Program-made: the position numbers and the translations under genes | Part shown: positions 1-8,210 of the stretch, in pieces | How the letters are laid out: each line of letters opens with the position of its first letter | Position numbering within the stretch: the first letter of the stretch is position 1 | From: Clostridiales bacterium | GTDB taxonomy: Bacteria; Bacillota; Clostridia; Oscillospirales; CAG-272 | DNA length: 53,373 nt | Direction of reading: 5' to 3' | Assembly: GCA_024693345.1 (NCBI GenBank) | Contig: JAILLB010000012.1 | Coordinates: 1-53,373, forward strand | The notes under the pieces: generated by a model | What the model saw: only the letters and a program-made list of their open reading frames with translations | What the model was told of the DNA's origin: nothing | Database searches by the model: none

Positions 1-294
1 CCTCTTATTGCAAAAGTTGTTCCACTCGACCAGACATGCCGTATGCAGCAGGTCCATGACGGATGCTTCAGTTCAATCGATGAAGTTCCGACTCATGCCA
101 TAACTCTGACTGTTCCGACATTGATGAGTGCACCTTATGTGTTCTGTATTGTCCCTGCTCCTACAAAAGCAGATGCAGTATATGCAACAGTAAACGCGAA
201 AATAGAAAAGAATGTTCCTTCAACAATTCTGAGAACACACAAAAATGCTATTATGTATCTCGATGCGGACAGTTCAAAGAGGTTGAATATCTGA
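1..294 (+). CDS. nagB: Glucosamine-6-phosphate deaminase/isomerase family protein, C-terminal part (runs off the left edge)
   Basis: Frame is open from base 1 (PLIAKVVPLDQTCRMQQVHDGCF...VPTHAITLTVPTLM...KADAV...PSTILRTH...YLDADS), matching the NagB C-terminal motifs. Confidence 0.8.
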   Translation, partial: PLIAKVVPLDQTCRMQQVHDGCFSSIDEVPTHAITLTVPTLMSAPYVFCIVPAPTKADAVYATVNAKIEKNVPSTILRTHKNAIMYLDADSSKRLNI

Positions 295-332
295 TTTCAG
301 TTAATGTCAAAAAATCGTATGATTTGGCGAAA

Positions 333-368
333 AAAGAGTCCTGCGCATTTGTTTGCAAAGGACTCTTT
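333..368. terminator. Bidirectional intrinsic terminator between convergent genes
   Basis: AAAGAGTCCT(333-342)...AGGACTCTTT(359-368) inverted repeat, with an A-run before and a T-rich run after. Confidence 0.75.
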
Positions 369-380
369 CTATACTTGAAT

Positions 381-1490
381 CTATTCTCTTTTAATTATTC
401 CGGTCATTTCTTTATGCCATTCAATCCGGCTCCACATTCCTTTGAACTGAGGCCCGCAGAAATTGCTTGTTGCCATTCCCGCCCAGCAGTCTGTTGAAAC
501 AGCAGTTTCAACTCCAAGATGGTTTAATTCTATTACCCAGTCCCAGCTTAATCCGGGCATGTCTTTGTAATCAACAATCGCCCAGCATTCGGTTGTAACA
601 AGAGGCTTTCCGGATTTATGCGACCACTCCGCCAAAAGCTGAATCCCATCTACCAGACATTTGTCATAATAATCTTTGTTTGAAAGATATTCTTTTTCAC
701 CATTCATGACAAGGTTTTCATATCCTGTGTCATCAAAGCGTTCGTAATTATATCCTATTTTCTTATAGAAATCTGAAACAGTTGGCATCCATATGTGTGG
801 CTCAAGAAAATCCAGATAGCTCACATCCATATCGAGTAATAATCTTGAGTTTCCGACACATGAAAATGTGACCGGAATATCCGGATAATGCTTTTTCAAT
901 TCATCTGTTGCTCTTTTCATCCAGGATATACTTTTTTCATCAAAAAATGTAAAACGTTCTCCAAGGAAAGGTGCCCAGTCCAAAAGAGGCCATTCATTGC
1001 CAAAATCAACATACAAGATGTTGTCCAGCTCTCCCATTTCCTTAATATAGTCCAGGGTTTTGATCCATATTTCTGCGTGGTTTTCCGGAGTCCTTATTTC
1101 CATTTCCGCATGACCTTTGTCCTGTCTGAACCATGTTGAGAGTCCTACCATTATATTGTGTTCTCGTGCAGAACGAAGAAAAGCTATCAAAGAATCTTTC
1201 AGGCACACAGTTGTTTCTTCCGATGCCCCCCAATCCTGTGTCGTCCATACGGGATTAAGTGTCCACTCTCTTTTTAAGTCTTTTGAGACAAGGTGGGGAT
1301 ATGCGTCTATTCTTACAGCATTGTATCCGCGTTCAGCAAGCTCACTTAATGATGTGTCCCAATTGTCATATCCTCCACCGGGCCAGCGCCTTTCAAGCCA
1401 CGAAAAATCCCACATTGCAATGGCAAAAGGAGCATCTGTTTTGAATAATCTTTTTGCTGTTTCTGTTAACACCTTGAGTACCTCTTCCAA
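381..1490 (-). CDS. Cellulase-like (GH-A clan, GH5-related) glycoside hydrolase, no signal peptide
   Basis: AMWDFSWLERRWPG, GYNAVRIDAYPH, GNEW (putative acid/base) and TECW (putative nucleophile). An alternative GTG start at 1472 has a GAGG RBS. Confidence 0.7.
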   Translation of the reverse strand: MEEVLKVLTETAKRLFKTDAPFAIAMWDFSWLERRWPGGGYDNWDTSLSELAERGYNAVRIDAYPHLVSKDLKREWTLNPVWTTQDWGASEETTVCLKDSLIAFLRSAREHNIMVGLSTWFRQDKGHAEMEIRTPENHAEIWIKTLDYIKEMGELDNILYVDFGNEWPLLDWAPFLGERFTFFDEKSISWMKRATDELKKHYPDIPVTFSCVGNSRLLLDMDVSYLDFLEPHIWMPTVSDFYKKIGYNYERFDDTGYENLVMNGEKEYLSNKDYYDKCLVDGIQLLAEWSHKSGKPLVTTECWAIVDYKDMPGLSWDWVIELNHLGVETAVSTDCWAGMATSNFCGPQFKGMWSRIEWHKEMTGIIKRE

Positions 1491-1532
1491 TCCAATTCAA
1501 TGTGTATTATACCATAATATTGTCACATTATC

Positions 1533-1561
1533 TTGTTCTATGGAAGAATTTGAGATAAAAT
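1533..1561 (+). promoter_or_regulatory. Putative sigma-A promoter for the nagA transcript
   Basis: TTGTTC(1533-1538)-N17-TAAAAT(1556-1561). Confidence 0.45.
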
Positions 1562-1571
1562 ACAAATGAAA

Positions 1572-1773
1572 GGGGCGCCTGTATCTCTGCGATTGAATTA
1601 CCGAGGATTAGGCGTCGGATGTCCTAAACAGAAGATTGATTTTTTAAGTTTTCCAGAAACAACAGCGACTTCCATCATGAGTTGTTCATGTCAAAAGACA
1701 GAAACAATCTCGAGATCAACCGCAAAAACGTCGCACCCCACACAAACAAGTCAAAAGCCAACGCAGAGATGCA
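1572..1773 (+). ncRNA. Candidate structured leader/ncRNA (or miniature inverted-repeat element) upstream of nagA
   Basis: Long-range pairing of TGTATCTCTGCG(1580-1591) with CGCAGAGATGCA(1762-1773), plus several internal hairpins. Confidence 0.35.
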
Positions 1774-1799
1774 CCAAATAGTTAATAGAGGTTAAACTT

Positions 1800-2972
1800 A
1801 TGATTGCAGTTCACAGTGAAAAAGTCATTCTGGATAATTCTGTACTCCAGGCGTGGATAGGAATTGAGAATGGCAGAATTGTATATGTAGGAGATGTGAA
1901 ACCAAAGGCTGAAAAGTATTACGATTTCAAAGACAAATATGTCTCACCGGGATTCATTGATCTTCACACTCATGGTGCAGGAGGCTTTGATTTCTTAAAA
2001 GAAGATCCAAACGGAATTATCCAAGGAACAAGATTGCAGATGGCTCACGGCGCAACAACCATTCTTCCAACAATTTCAGCCGCTCCGTTTTCAGACATGT
2101 GCAAGGCAGTCAAAAACATTGCCCAAGCCATGAAGAGCAAGGAACAAAAGCCAAACATTCTCGGCGTTCACATGGAAGGTCCTTACTTGTCGAAAGCTCA
2201 GTGCGGAGCTCAGTGCACTGAATATATAACTGCTCCGAAACCCGAAGAATACAAAAAGCTGATTGATGGATACGGCTCTGTAATTTCAAGATGGACATTT
2301 GCTCCTGAAGAAGACAAAGGCAGCGAGTTCTGCAAGTACCTTTCTGACCACAATATTATCCCATCCGCGGGACACACAAATGCAACTGAAGAAGATATGA
2401 AAGTTGCAATCAAAAACGGCTGCATTCTAATTACACATATGTTCTGCTGTACATCGACAATAACGAGAAACAAAGGCTTCCGTTCACTCGGCGTAATAGA
2501 ATCTGCATATCTGCACGATGAACTGTATATTGAGATAATAGCAGATGGCAAACATCTTCCCTCCGATCTCATAAAGATGGTTGTGAAGATTAAGGGAACA
2601 GATAAAACTGCTCTTGTAACCGACAGTCTTCACATAGCATGCACAGACATAAAGAAAGGATACATGAGCGGCACACCCTTCATAGTGGAAGATGGGGTTT
2701 GCAAGCTAAAAGACCGCTCAGCATTTGCAGGAAGCATTGCCACGATGGACAAGCTTGTACAAGTGGTGACAAAAGAATGCGGATTTTCTATTATCGATGC
2801 CGTCAGAATGGCATCAAAGACCCCTGCAGAAATACTGAAAGTGAAAAAGGGTTCCATCAAGGAAGGTTACGATGCAGATTTAATCGTTTTCGATGAAGAT
2901 ATACACGTATCAAATGTATTCGTAATGGGAGAAAAAATAGAAAATCTCGAGACAGAAAGGAAGATTCACTAA
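1800..2972 (+). CDS. nagA: N-acetylglucosamine-6-phosphate deacetylase
   Basis: PGFIDLHTHG, HMEGPY, GHT, THMF, IIADGKH and VTDS amidohydrolase motifs; GAGG RBS. Confidence 0.9.
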   Translation: MIAVHSEKVILDNSVLQAWIGIENGRIVYVGDVKPKAEKYYDFKDKYVSPGFIDLHTHGAGGFDFLKEDPNGIIQGTRLQMAHGATTILPTISAAPFSDMCKAVKNIAQAMKSKEQKPNILGVHMEGPYLSKAQCGAQCTEYITAPKPEEYKKLIDGYGSVISRWTFAPEEDKGSEFCKYLSDHNIIPSAGHTNATEEDMKVAIKNGCILITHMFCCTSTITRNKGFRSLGVIESAYLHDELYIEIIADGKHLPSDLIKMVVKIKGTDKTALVTDSLHIACTDIKKGYMSGTPFIVEDGVCKLKDRSAFAGSIATMDKLVQVVTKECGFSIIDAVRMASKTPAEILKVKKGSIKEGYDADLIVFDEDIHVSNVFVMGEKIENLETERKIH

Positions 2973-4045
2973 TGAAAAGACTGAAAGTTGCCATTATAGG
3001 ACAGGGGCGCAGCGGGAGAAACATCCATGGTTCATACTACCTGTCCGAAAACAACAAATATTTCGATTTGAAATACGTTGTGGATAAAGACCCCGTTTTG
3101 AGAGCGGATGCAGAAAAGCGCTATCCGAACGTCACTACCCTTTCCAGTTACAAGGAACTTTTCAAAATCAAGGATATAGACCTGGTTGTAAATGCCTCAT
3201 ATTCGGATGAACACTACGCAATTACTCTCGACCTGTTAAAACACAAATTCAATGTTCTGAGCGAAAAGCCTTTTGCCAGAAACAGATATGAGTGCGATGT
3301 CCTCATAAACACTGCAAAAGAAAACGGCGTCATACTGGCCCCGTTCCAGAACACCCAAACTTCTCCTTTCTATCTGGATGCAATACAGACAGCAAAATCC
3401 GGCATTCTCGGAGAGATAAAGCAGGTTTCAATAAGATACAATTCCCTTGCAAGGCGTTGGGACTGGCAGACTCTTCAGAAAAAGATGGGTGGCAGCGCAT
3501 ATAACACTGGACCTCACCCGATATGTATGGGTCTTGGATTTTTGGATTTTGATCCAAACACAAAAGTTGTTTTTTCAAAACTAGGACTGTGTGCAACATC
3601 GGGCGATGCAGAAGATTATGTTAAGATAATACTCGAAGCTCCGAATCACCCCGTAGTCGACATTGAAATTAACTCCACTGACCCGTTTACCGACTATAAC
3701 CTTAAACTCGTCGGAACAAGAGGAAGCATGAAGTCGACTGCTGCCAAATACACAAAGAAATACTATCTGGACAGCGAAAATCCATCTAGACCTGTAGTGG
3801 AAAAATCTCTCAGAAATGATGAAGGACTCCCCGTGTACTGCTCTGAAAAACTCGTTTCTCACGAGGAGAGCGGCGAATATAACGGAAATGCATTCAATGT
3901 AGGAACAGCTTCGATTTACGAAGGAGTATATTACGCCATAACAAAAGGAAAGGAACTTAGAGTGTCCTGCGAACAATCAGCCATGACTGTGGCGGTGATT
4001 GAAACAGTCCACGCTCAGAATCCTCTCCCTGTTGAGTTTATATAA
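2972..4045 (+). CDS. Gfo/Idh/MocA family NAD(P)-dependent oxidoreductase
   Basis: IIGQGRSG Rossmann motif, SEKP motif, GPH; TAATG overlap with nagA. Confidence 0.85.
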   Translation: MKRLKVAIIGQGRSGRNIHGSYYLSENNKYFDLKYVVDKDPVLRADAEKRYPNVTTLSSYKELFKIKDIDLVVNASYSDEHYAITLDLLKHKFNVLSEKPFARNRYECDVLINTAKENGVILAPFQNTQTSPFYLDAIQTAKSGILGEIKQVSIRYNSLARRWDWQTLQKKMGGSAYNTGPHPICMGLGFLDFDPNTKVVFSKLGLCATSGDAEDYVKIILEAPNHPVVDIEINSTDPFTDYNLKLVGTRGSMKSTAAKYTKKYYLDSENPSRPVVEKSLRNDEGLPVYCSEKLVSHEESGEYNGNAFNVGTASIYEGVYYAITKGKELRVSCEQSAMTVAVIETVHAQNPLPVEFI

Positions 4046-4051
4046 AAGCGA

Positions 4052-4081
4052 ACAGCCGTGATTTCACGGCTGTCATTTTTT
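4052..4081. terminator. Intrinsic terminator between convergent operons
   Basis: ACAGCCGTG-ATTT-CACGGCTGT followed by a T-run. Confidence 0.8.
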
Positions 4082-4853
4082 ACTTGAAGATCTTTCCGAA
4101 ATTTGCCAGCATGTCCCTGGCTCCGCTGTATACAAAGTTGTAGTCGCTTCCGACAAAGAAAATTGTTGCTCCCAAATCCGCCCACATTTTGAGCCACTCC
4201 TCGTCATAGAAAGTGGCAACTCCGAACGGCTTTCCTGATTCTCTTAAAACTTTTGCTGCTCTTTTGTATATTTCAATCATTTCCTTTGCCTTGACCTGAC
4301 CAATCATTCCGACAGATCCGGATAAATCGTTGGGACCGAAAATAAATGCATCAACTCCGTCAACCTTGACGATGTTTTCCAGGTCATTTACAGCATCAAT
4401 GTGTTCAATCTGAAGTACTCTCAGGCACTCTCTGTATGTTTGGGTCACAAATTCCATCTGAGGTATCTGACCATACAGATTGGCTCTCATCGGGCCGTAT
4501 CCCCTTACACCTTTCGGAGGATACTCACAAGCCGCAACTGCTTTTTTTGCATCTTCTGCACTCCTTATATACGGGAAAATGATGCCGTCAGCTCCCATGT
4601 CAAGTACAGGTTTAGCTAAAACCGGATCATTCCATGCAACTCTTACCCATGCAGGTGTTCCGCCGGCCTTTGCAGCTATCAAGGTGTTCTGAAGCGTTGT
4701 TCCGGAAATGAGCGTATGTTCGCAGTCTACCCAGAGCACATCTAGACCTGATAAAGACAGTGCTTCGGTAACGGCAGTATCGCCTATGCACACAATGGTA
4801 CCATACACATTTTTCTTATCATTTAGTTTTTTAAGCAAATTTTCTTTTGACAT
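4080..4853 (-). CDS. HpcH/HpaI aldolase family protein (2-keto-3-deoxy sugar acid aldolase-like)
   Basis: VDCEH, VLDMGADGIIFP, YPPKGVRGYG, QIEH and FIFGPNDLS motifs. Confidence 0.85.
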   Translation of the reverse strand: MSKENLLKKLNDKKNVYGTIVCIGDTAVTEALSLSGLDVLWVDCEHTLISGTTLQNTLIAAKAGGTPAWVRVAWNDPVLAKPVLDMGADGIIFPYIRSAEDAKKAVAACEYPPKGVRGYGPMRANLYGQIPQMEFVTQTYRECLRVLQIEHIDAVNDLENIVKVDGVDAFIFGPNDLSGSVGMIGQVKAKEMIEIYKRAAKVLRESGKPFGVATFYDEEWLKMWADLGATIFFVGSDYNFVYSGARDMLANFGKIFK

Positions 4854-4877
4854 AATCGCTCCTTGACCTCATAAGCA

Positions 4878-6035
4878 TCAATAAGACTTCGACGTATCGA
4901 AGAATGTATTGGTTACATGGGCTTTCTTTTTGCTTGTGGCAATTCTCTTGTTGAGTTCTGACAGATACAAATCATCATCAATGGGAAGAGTTACCATCTG
5001 GTCGGTCCATTCTGACAAAAGGCACGCATCCTGCAGTTCGACGCCTTTTAATCCCTCTTCTCCCTGAACAAATAAAGGCTCTTTTCCGAGAATCGCATTC
5101 GTGAAGTTTCTGAGTATTCCGACGTGCTGAGGATTCTGTCCGTCTGTTTCAACTGTTATCGTTTCGGTGTTTGGTTTTTTGTATGCGTTCTTTTCATTTC
5201 TGAGCTGAACTCTGTCTTCAACATCATTCTTTACGAATGTAAGAACATCGTTTTCGCAGATGAGTTTGCCCAAAGTTCCGGTCAATTCAAATCTGTTTGT
5301 TCCCGGAGCATCGCCTGTTGTTGTTATGAATACGCCTGTTGCTCCGTTTTCATATTCAAAATATGCTGTTACGTCATCTTCAACTTCGATGTCATGGTAT
5401 TTACCGAAATTACAATATGCTCTGACTCTCTTAGGTGACATATTCGGAACCCACTGAATGAGATCCAGCTGATGTGGGCTCTGGTTGAAAAGAACTCCAC
5501 CGCCTTCTCCGCTCCATGTTGCTCTCCACTCACCGGAGTCATAATACGCCTGTGTTCTGAACCAGTCCGTAATAATCCAGTTTATTCTTTTCACTTCCCC
5601 TATTTCGCCTGCCATTACCATTTCTCTCATCTTTCTGTACAGGCAGTTTGTTCTCTGGTTGAACATCATCGTAAACAGACCCTTGGATTTCTTTGATGCT
5701 TCAATCATTTCCTTTACCTGCTTTGTGTAAACGCCGGCAGGCTTTTCACAAACAACATTAAGGTTCTTCTCGAAAGCTTTTATGGCAAAGTACGGGTGAA
5801 AATAGTGAGGCACAACGATGATTACTGCATCTATGTCTCCTTTTTCAATAAGCTCATCTCCGGTTGAGAACACTGTCAATTCAGGATATGTTTCTTTAGC
5901 ATAATTCCTTCTCTCTTCTTTTAAATCTGCAACGCAGGTTACAACTGCATTTTCAATTTTGCCTTCCATTAAGTTTTTAAGATGGGTTGTACCCATGTTT
6001 CCGATTCCTATAATGCCGTATCTAACCTTTTCCAT
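4878..6035 (-). CDS. Gfo/Idh/MocA family oxidoreductase
   Basis: GIIGIGNMG, VPHYFH, CEKPAG, GGGVLFNQSPHQLD. Confidence 0.88.
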   Translation of the reverse strand: MEKVRYGIIGIGNMGTTHLKNLMEGKIENAVVTCVADLKEERRNYAKETYPELTVFSTGDELIEKGDIDAVIIVVPHYFHPYFAIKAFEKNLNVVCEKPAGVYTKQVKEMIEASKKSKGLFTMMFNQRTNCLYRKMREMVMAGEIGEVKRINWIITDWFRTQAYYDSGEWRATWSGEGGGVLFNQSPHQLDLIQWVPNMSPKRVRAYCNFGKYHDIEVEDDVTAYFEYENGATGVFITTTGDAPGTNRFELTGTLGKLICENDVLTFVKNDVEDRVQLRNEKNAYKKPNTETITVETDGQNPQHVGILRNFTNAILGKEPLFVQGEEGLKGVELQDACLLSEWTDQMVTLPIDDDLYLSELNKRIATSKKKAHVTNTFFDTSKSY

Positions 6036-6048
6036 AACTAATTCTCTC

Positions 6049-6813
6049 CTAAAAGTTGGATTTGATGTATTTTACGCTGATTTCTATCTGTTCTAGCGGA
6101 TGTTTGAATTCTGTTGCGTTGTCCTGTTCAATAAGGAAGTATTTTGTTCCCGCTTTTTTCATCTCAGGAACAATGGTTTTGAAATTCATGTTTCCTTCTC
6201 CGAGCGGAGCAAAGACAGGTTCAAATTTGTTGTCTTCGTTGAGCCTTATCTTGTAGTCTTTCAGATGAACACACTCTATTTTCCCATTGAGTTTTTCTAT
6301 GATCTTATGAATGTCTGCTCCGCCATACTGAACCCAGTATGTATCAAGTGTGAAATTGACATGAGGTGCATTTTCGGTTATGTACTCAAATATTGTCTTG
6401 CCTTCGTATTTGAAAAACTCAAAATGGTGATTGTGATAAAAGAACTTGAATCCTTTTTTCTCCATGTATTCGGCCGCTTTTTCAAGAGAAGCAATTGTCT
6501 TTTCCAGTTCCTTTGGATTTCGGGCTGTTCCCTGGCTCATCGCACCAAGACCTATGTTTCTGCACGAAAAAGATTCATGCTCAGCAATAAGTCTGTCCGT
6601 ATCCCCTGTTATCCTGTCAAAAGCGACATGTGTCAAGACAACAGGAAGGCCTGTCAGCTCCGACACTTTCTTAATTCTTTCGGGGATGAAATCCGCACCG
6701 GAATACTGAACAAAAGATATTCCGATCTCTTTAAGAGCATCCATTGTTTTAAGAAAGGATTTCTCTTCCTTAATCTGGTCTCTCAAAGAATACAAGTTAA
6801 GTCCTATGTCCAT
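6049..6813 (-). CDS. Sugar phosphate isomerase/epimerase (xylose isomerase-like TIM barrel)
   Basis: YHNHHFEF, LDTYW, HLKD, IEQD. Start moved to the ATG at 6813, which has a GGAGG RBS. Confidence 0.85.
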   Translation of the reverse strand: MDIGLNLYSLRDQIKEEKSFLKTMDALKEIGISFVQYSGADFIPERIKKVSELTGLPVVLTHVAFDRITGDTDRLIAEHESFSCRNIGLGAMSQGTARNPKELEKTIASLEKAAEYMEKKGFKFFYHNHHFEFFKYEGKTIFEYITENAPHVNFTLDTYWVQYGGADIHKIIEKLNGKIECVHLKDYKIRLNEDNKFEPVFAPLGEGNMNFKTIVPEMKKAGTKYFLIEQDNATEFKHPLEQIEISVKYIKSNF

Positions 6814-6841
6814 AGAATTTCCTCCGATTCTTTCATTGTTA

Positions 6842-6870
6842 ATTATGTCACACTTTTTTCTCCATGACAA
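6842..6870 (-). promoter_or_regulatory. Sigma-A promoter of the isomerase-oxidoreductase-aldolase operon
   Basis: On the minus strand: TTGTCA-N17-CATAAT with a TGn extension. Confidence 0.6.
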
Positions 6871-6972
6871 CATTTTTTCTTTGTAATCAAAGGCATGTTT
6901 TGGGAAATGGCTGAAAATCTTTTCTGTAAGAAAAAAAGTCGCAAATTTGGTGCTTTTCACATGCATAACGTA

Positions 6973-7001
6973 TTGATAATTTGCATAAAATAGTATATAA
7001 T
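6973..7001 (+). promoter_or_regulatory. Sigma-A promoter of the starch utilisation operon
   Basis: TTGATA(6973-6978)-N17-TATAAT(6996-7001). Confidence 0.7.
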
Positions 7002-7022
7002 AAATGGCGATGGCTCATATGA

Positions 7023-7041
7023 TTTGTGCACAATGCACAAA
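7023..7041. promoter_or_regulatory. Palindromic candidate operator downstream of the starch promoter
   Basis: Perfect TTTGTGCA-CAA-TGCACAAA dyad. Confidence 0.5.
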
Positions 7042-7165
7042 AACAATATCTTGTTTTTTACTCGGGCTATTTTTCGATAACAGATATATGTATCGGCCGT
7101 CGCAATTAAATCATAAACATTTTCGCACTTGGAGAGTGCGGGATTAAAAAAAAGGAGTAAAAATC

Positions 7166-8131
7166 ATGAAAAAAATCATTACTATTCTGCTCGTAGCCGC
7201 AATGGTATTTGTTCTTGCAGCTTGCGGAACCGCCAAAGTTGTTCTTGAAGACAAAACACACGAGTTGTGGGTAGCACATGGCCAGTATCTGCTTGCAGAT
7301 GGCACACAGAACGGATGGAACGGCAAAGATAATTCCCTCTATGAGAAGTCAGCTCTCAAAGCTATCGCTCTCGAAGATGTTAAGGAAATCAGCCAGGATC
7401 TCTACACCACCCTTTCCAAAAAAGATGTTAAGTATCTTTACACAATTGACATCATCGTAGGAACAAATGACGCAGGTTGGTCTTGCAAATTCGTTAAAGA
7501 CGGAAAACTGTACAGTGCTAATGGCTCATATGCAGTTAAGGTAGCTCAGTGCACATCTGACGTAGACGGTGACACAAAGGTATACGCTGAGGAACAGTGG
7601 ATTTCCGATCCTCATACAGCTCACGTAGAGTCACTTACACCTGCTACAATGTTCTATCCTACATGGACAGAAGAAAAAGATGAAAACGGTTTCTCATGGG
7701 CAGACAACCCGGTTGTTACAGGCGGAGCTGGTCTTTACACACTCGTTATCGCTCAGTACAGCAATGCTTCATCAGCAAGCCAGCCCGGATTCGGTGTAGG
7801 TCTTGTTCTCAAAGAAGCTAAAGAAGGCATCGCATACGAAGAAATCAAGACATGGATTCCTGCTGACCACACATATGGTGTTATCGGAAGCTTTGCAGGA
7901 AGCGATTGGGCAACTGATGTTGCTATGACAGCAGCTGGCGACAACACATGGCAGGCTGAAGTAACACTCGCAGCAGGAAATGAACTCAAAGTTCGTGCAG
8001 ACAGCGACTGGACAAACAGCTGGGGCGACAGCGAAGGAAACAACCTCAAGGTTGACGCTGACGGCAAATATCTCGTTAAAATCGTATTCAGCAACGGAGT
8101 AGGAACAGTTACATTATATCCTGCTAACTAA
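7166..8131 (+). CDS. Lipoprotein with a C-terminal SusE/SusF-like starch-binding module
   Basis: Lipobox VLAAC. The C-terminal YGVIGSFAGSDWATDVAMT...TWQAEVTL...ELKVRADSDWTNSWG...GKYLVKI resembles SusE/F carbohydrate-binding modules. The N-terminal ~200 aa is not recognised. Confidence 0.65.
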   Translation: MKKIITILLVAAMVFVLAACGTAKVVLEDKTHELWVAHGQYLLADGTQNGWNGKDNSLYEKSALKAIALEDVKEISQDLYTTLSKKDVKYLYTIDIIVGTNDAGWSCKFVKDGKLYSANGSYAVKVAQCTSDVDGDTKVYAEEQWISDPHTAHVESLTPATMFYPTWTEEKDENGFSWADNPVVTGGAGLYTLVIAQYSNASSASQPGFGVGLVLKEAKEGIAYEEIKTWIPADHTYGVIGSFAGSDWATDVAMTAAGDNTWQAEVTLAAGNELKVRADSDWTNSWGDSEGNNLKVDADGKYLVKIVFSNGVGTVTLYPAN

Positions 8132-8148
8132 TATCTAACTAAACCGCG

Positions 8149-8183
8149 AAGCAAGGGGGCTTTCAAAAGCCTCCTTGCTTTCA
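8149..8183 (+). terminator. Strong intercistronic stem-loop (partial terminator or mRNA stabiliser)
   Basis: AAGCAAGGGGGCT-TTCAAA-AGCCTCCTTGCTT, 13-bp stem with only a short U tail. Confidence 0.6.
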
Positions 8184-8210
8184 TTGAATTTGGAGTGGAG
8201 GCGAAGAAAT

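Noticed and set aside
1572-1630. Canonical glmS ribozyme call
   Set aside because: The AG cleavage site and the conserved UUAUCGA segment are missing; kept only as a loose resemblance within a finding.
1566-1781. 71-aa ORF upstream of nagA
   Set aside because: No RBS, it starts before the predicted transcription start, and it shows no recognisable protein features.
6100-6867. 255-aa antisense ORF (likewise 51740-52450 and other short opposite-strand ORFs in the track)
   Set aside because: These are shadow ORFs lying opposite well-supported genes, with no RBS or family motifs.
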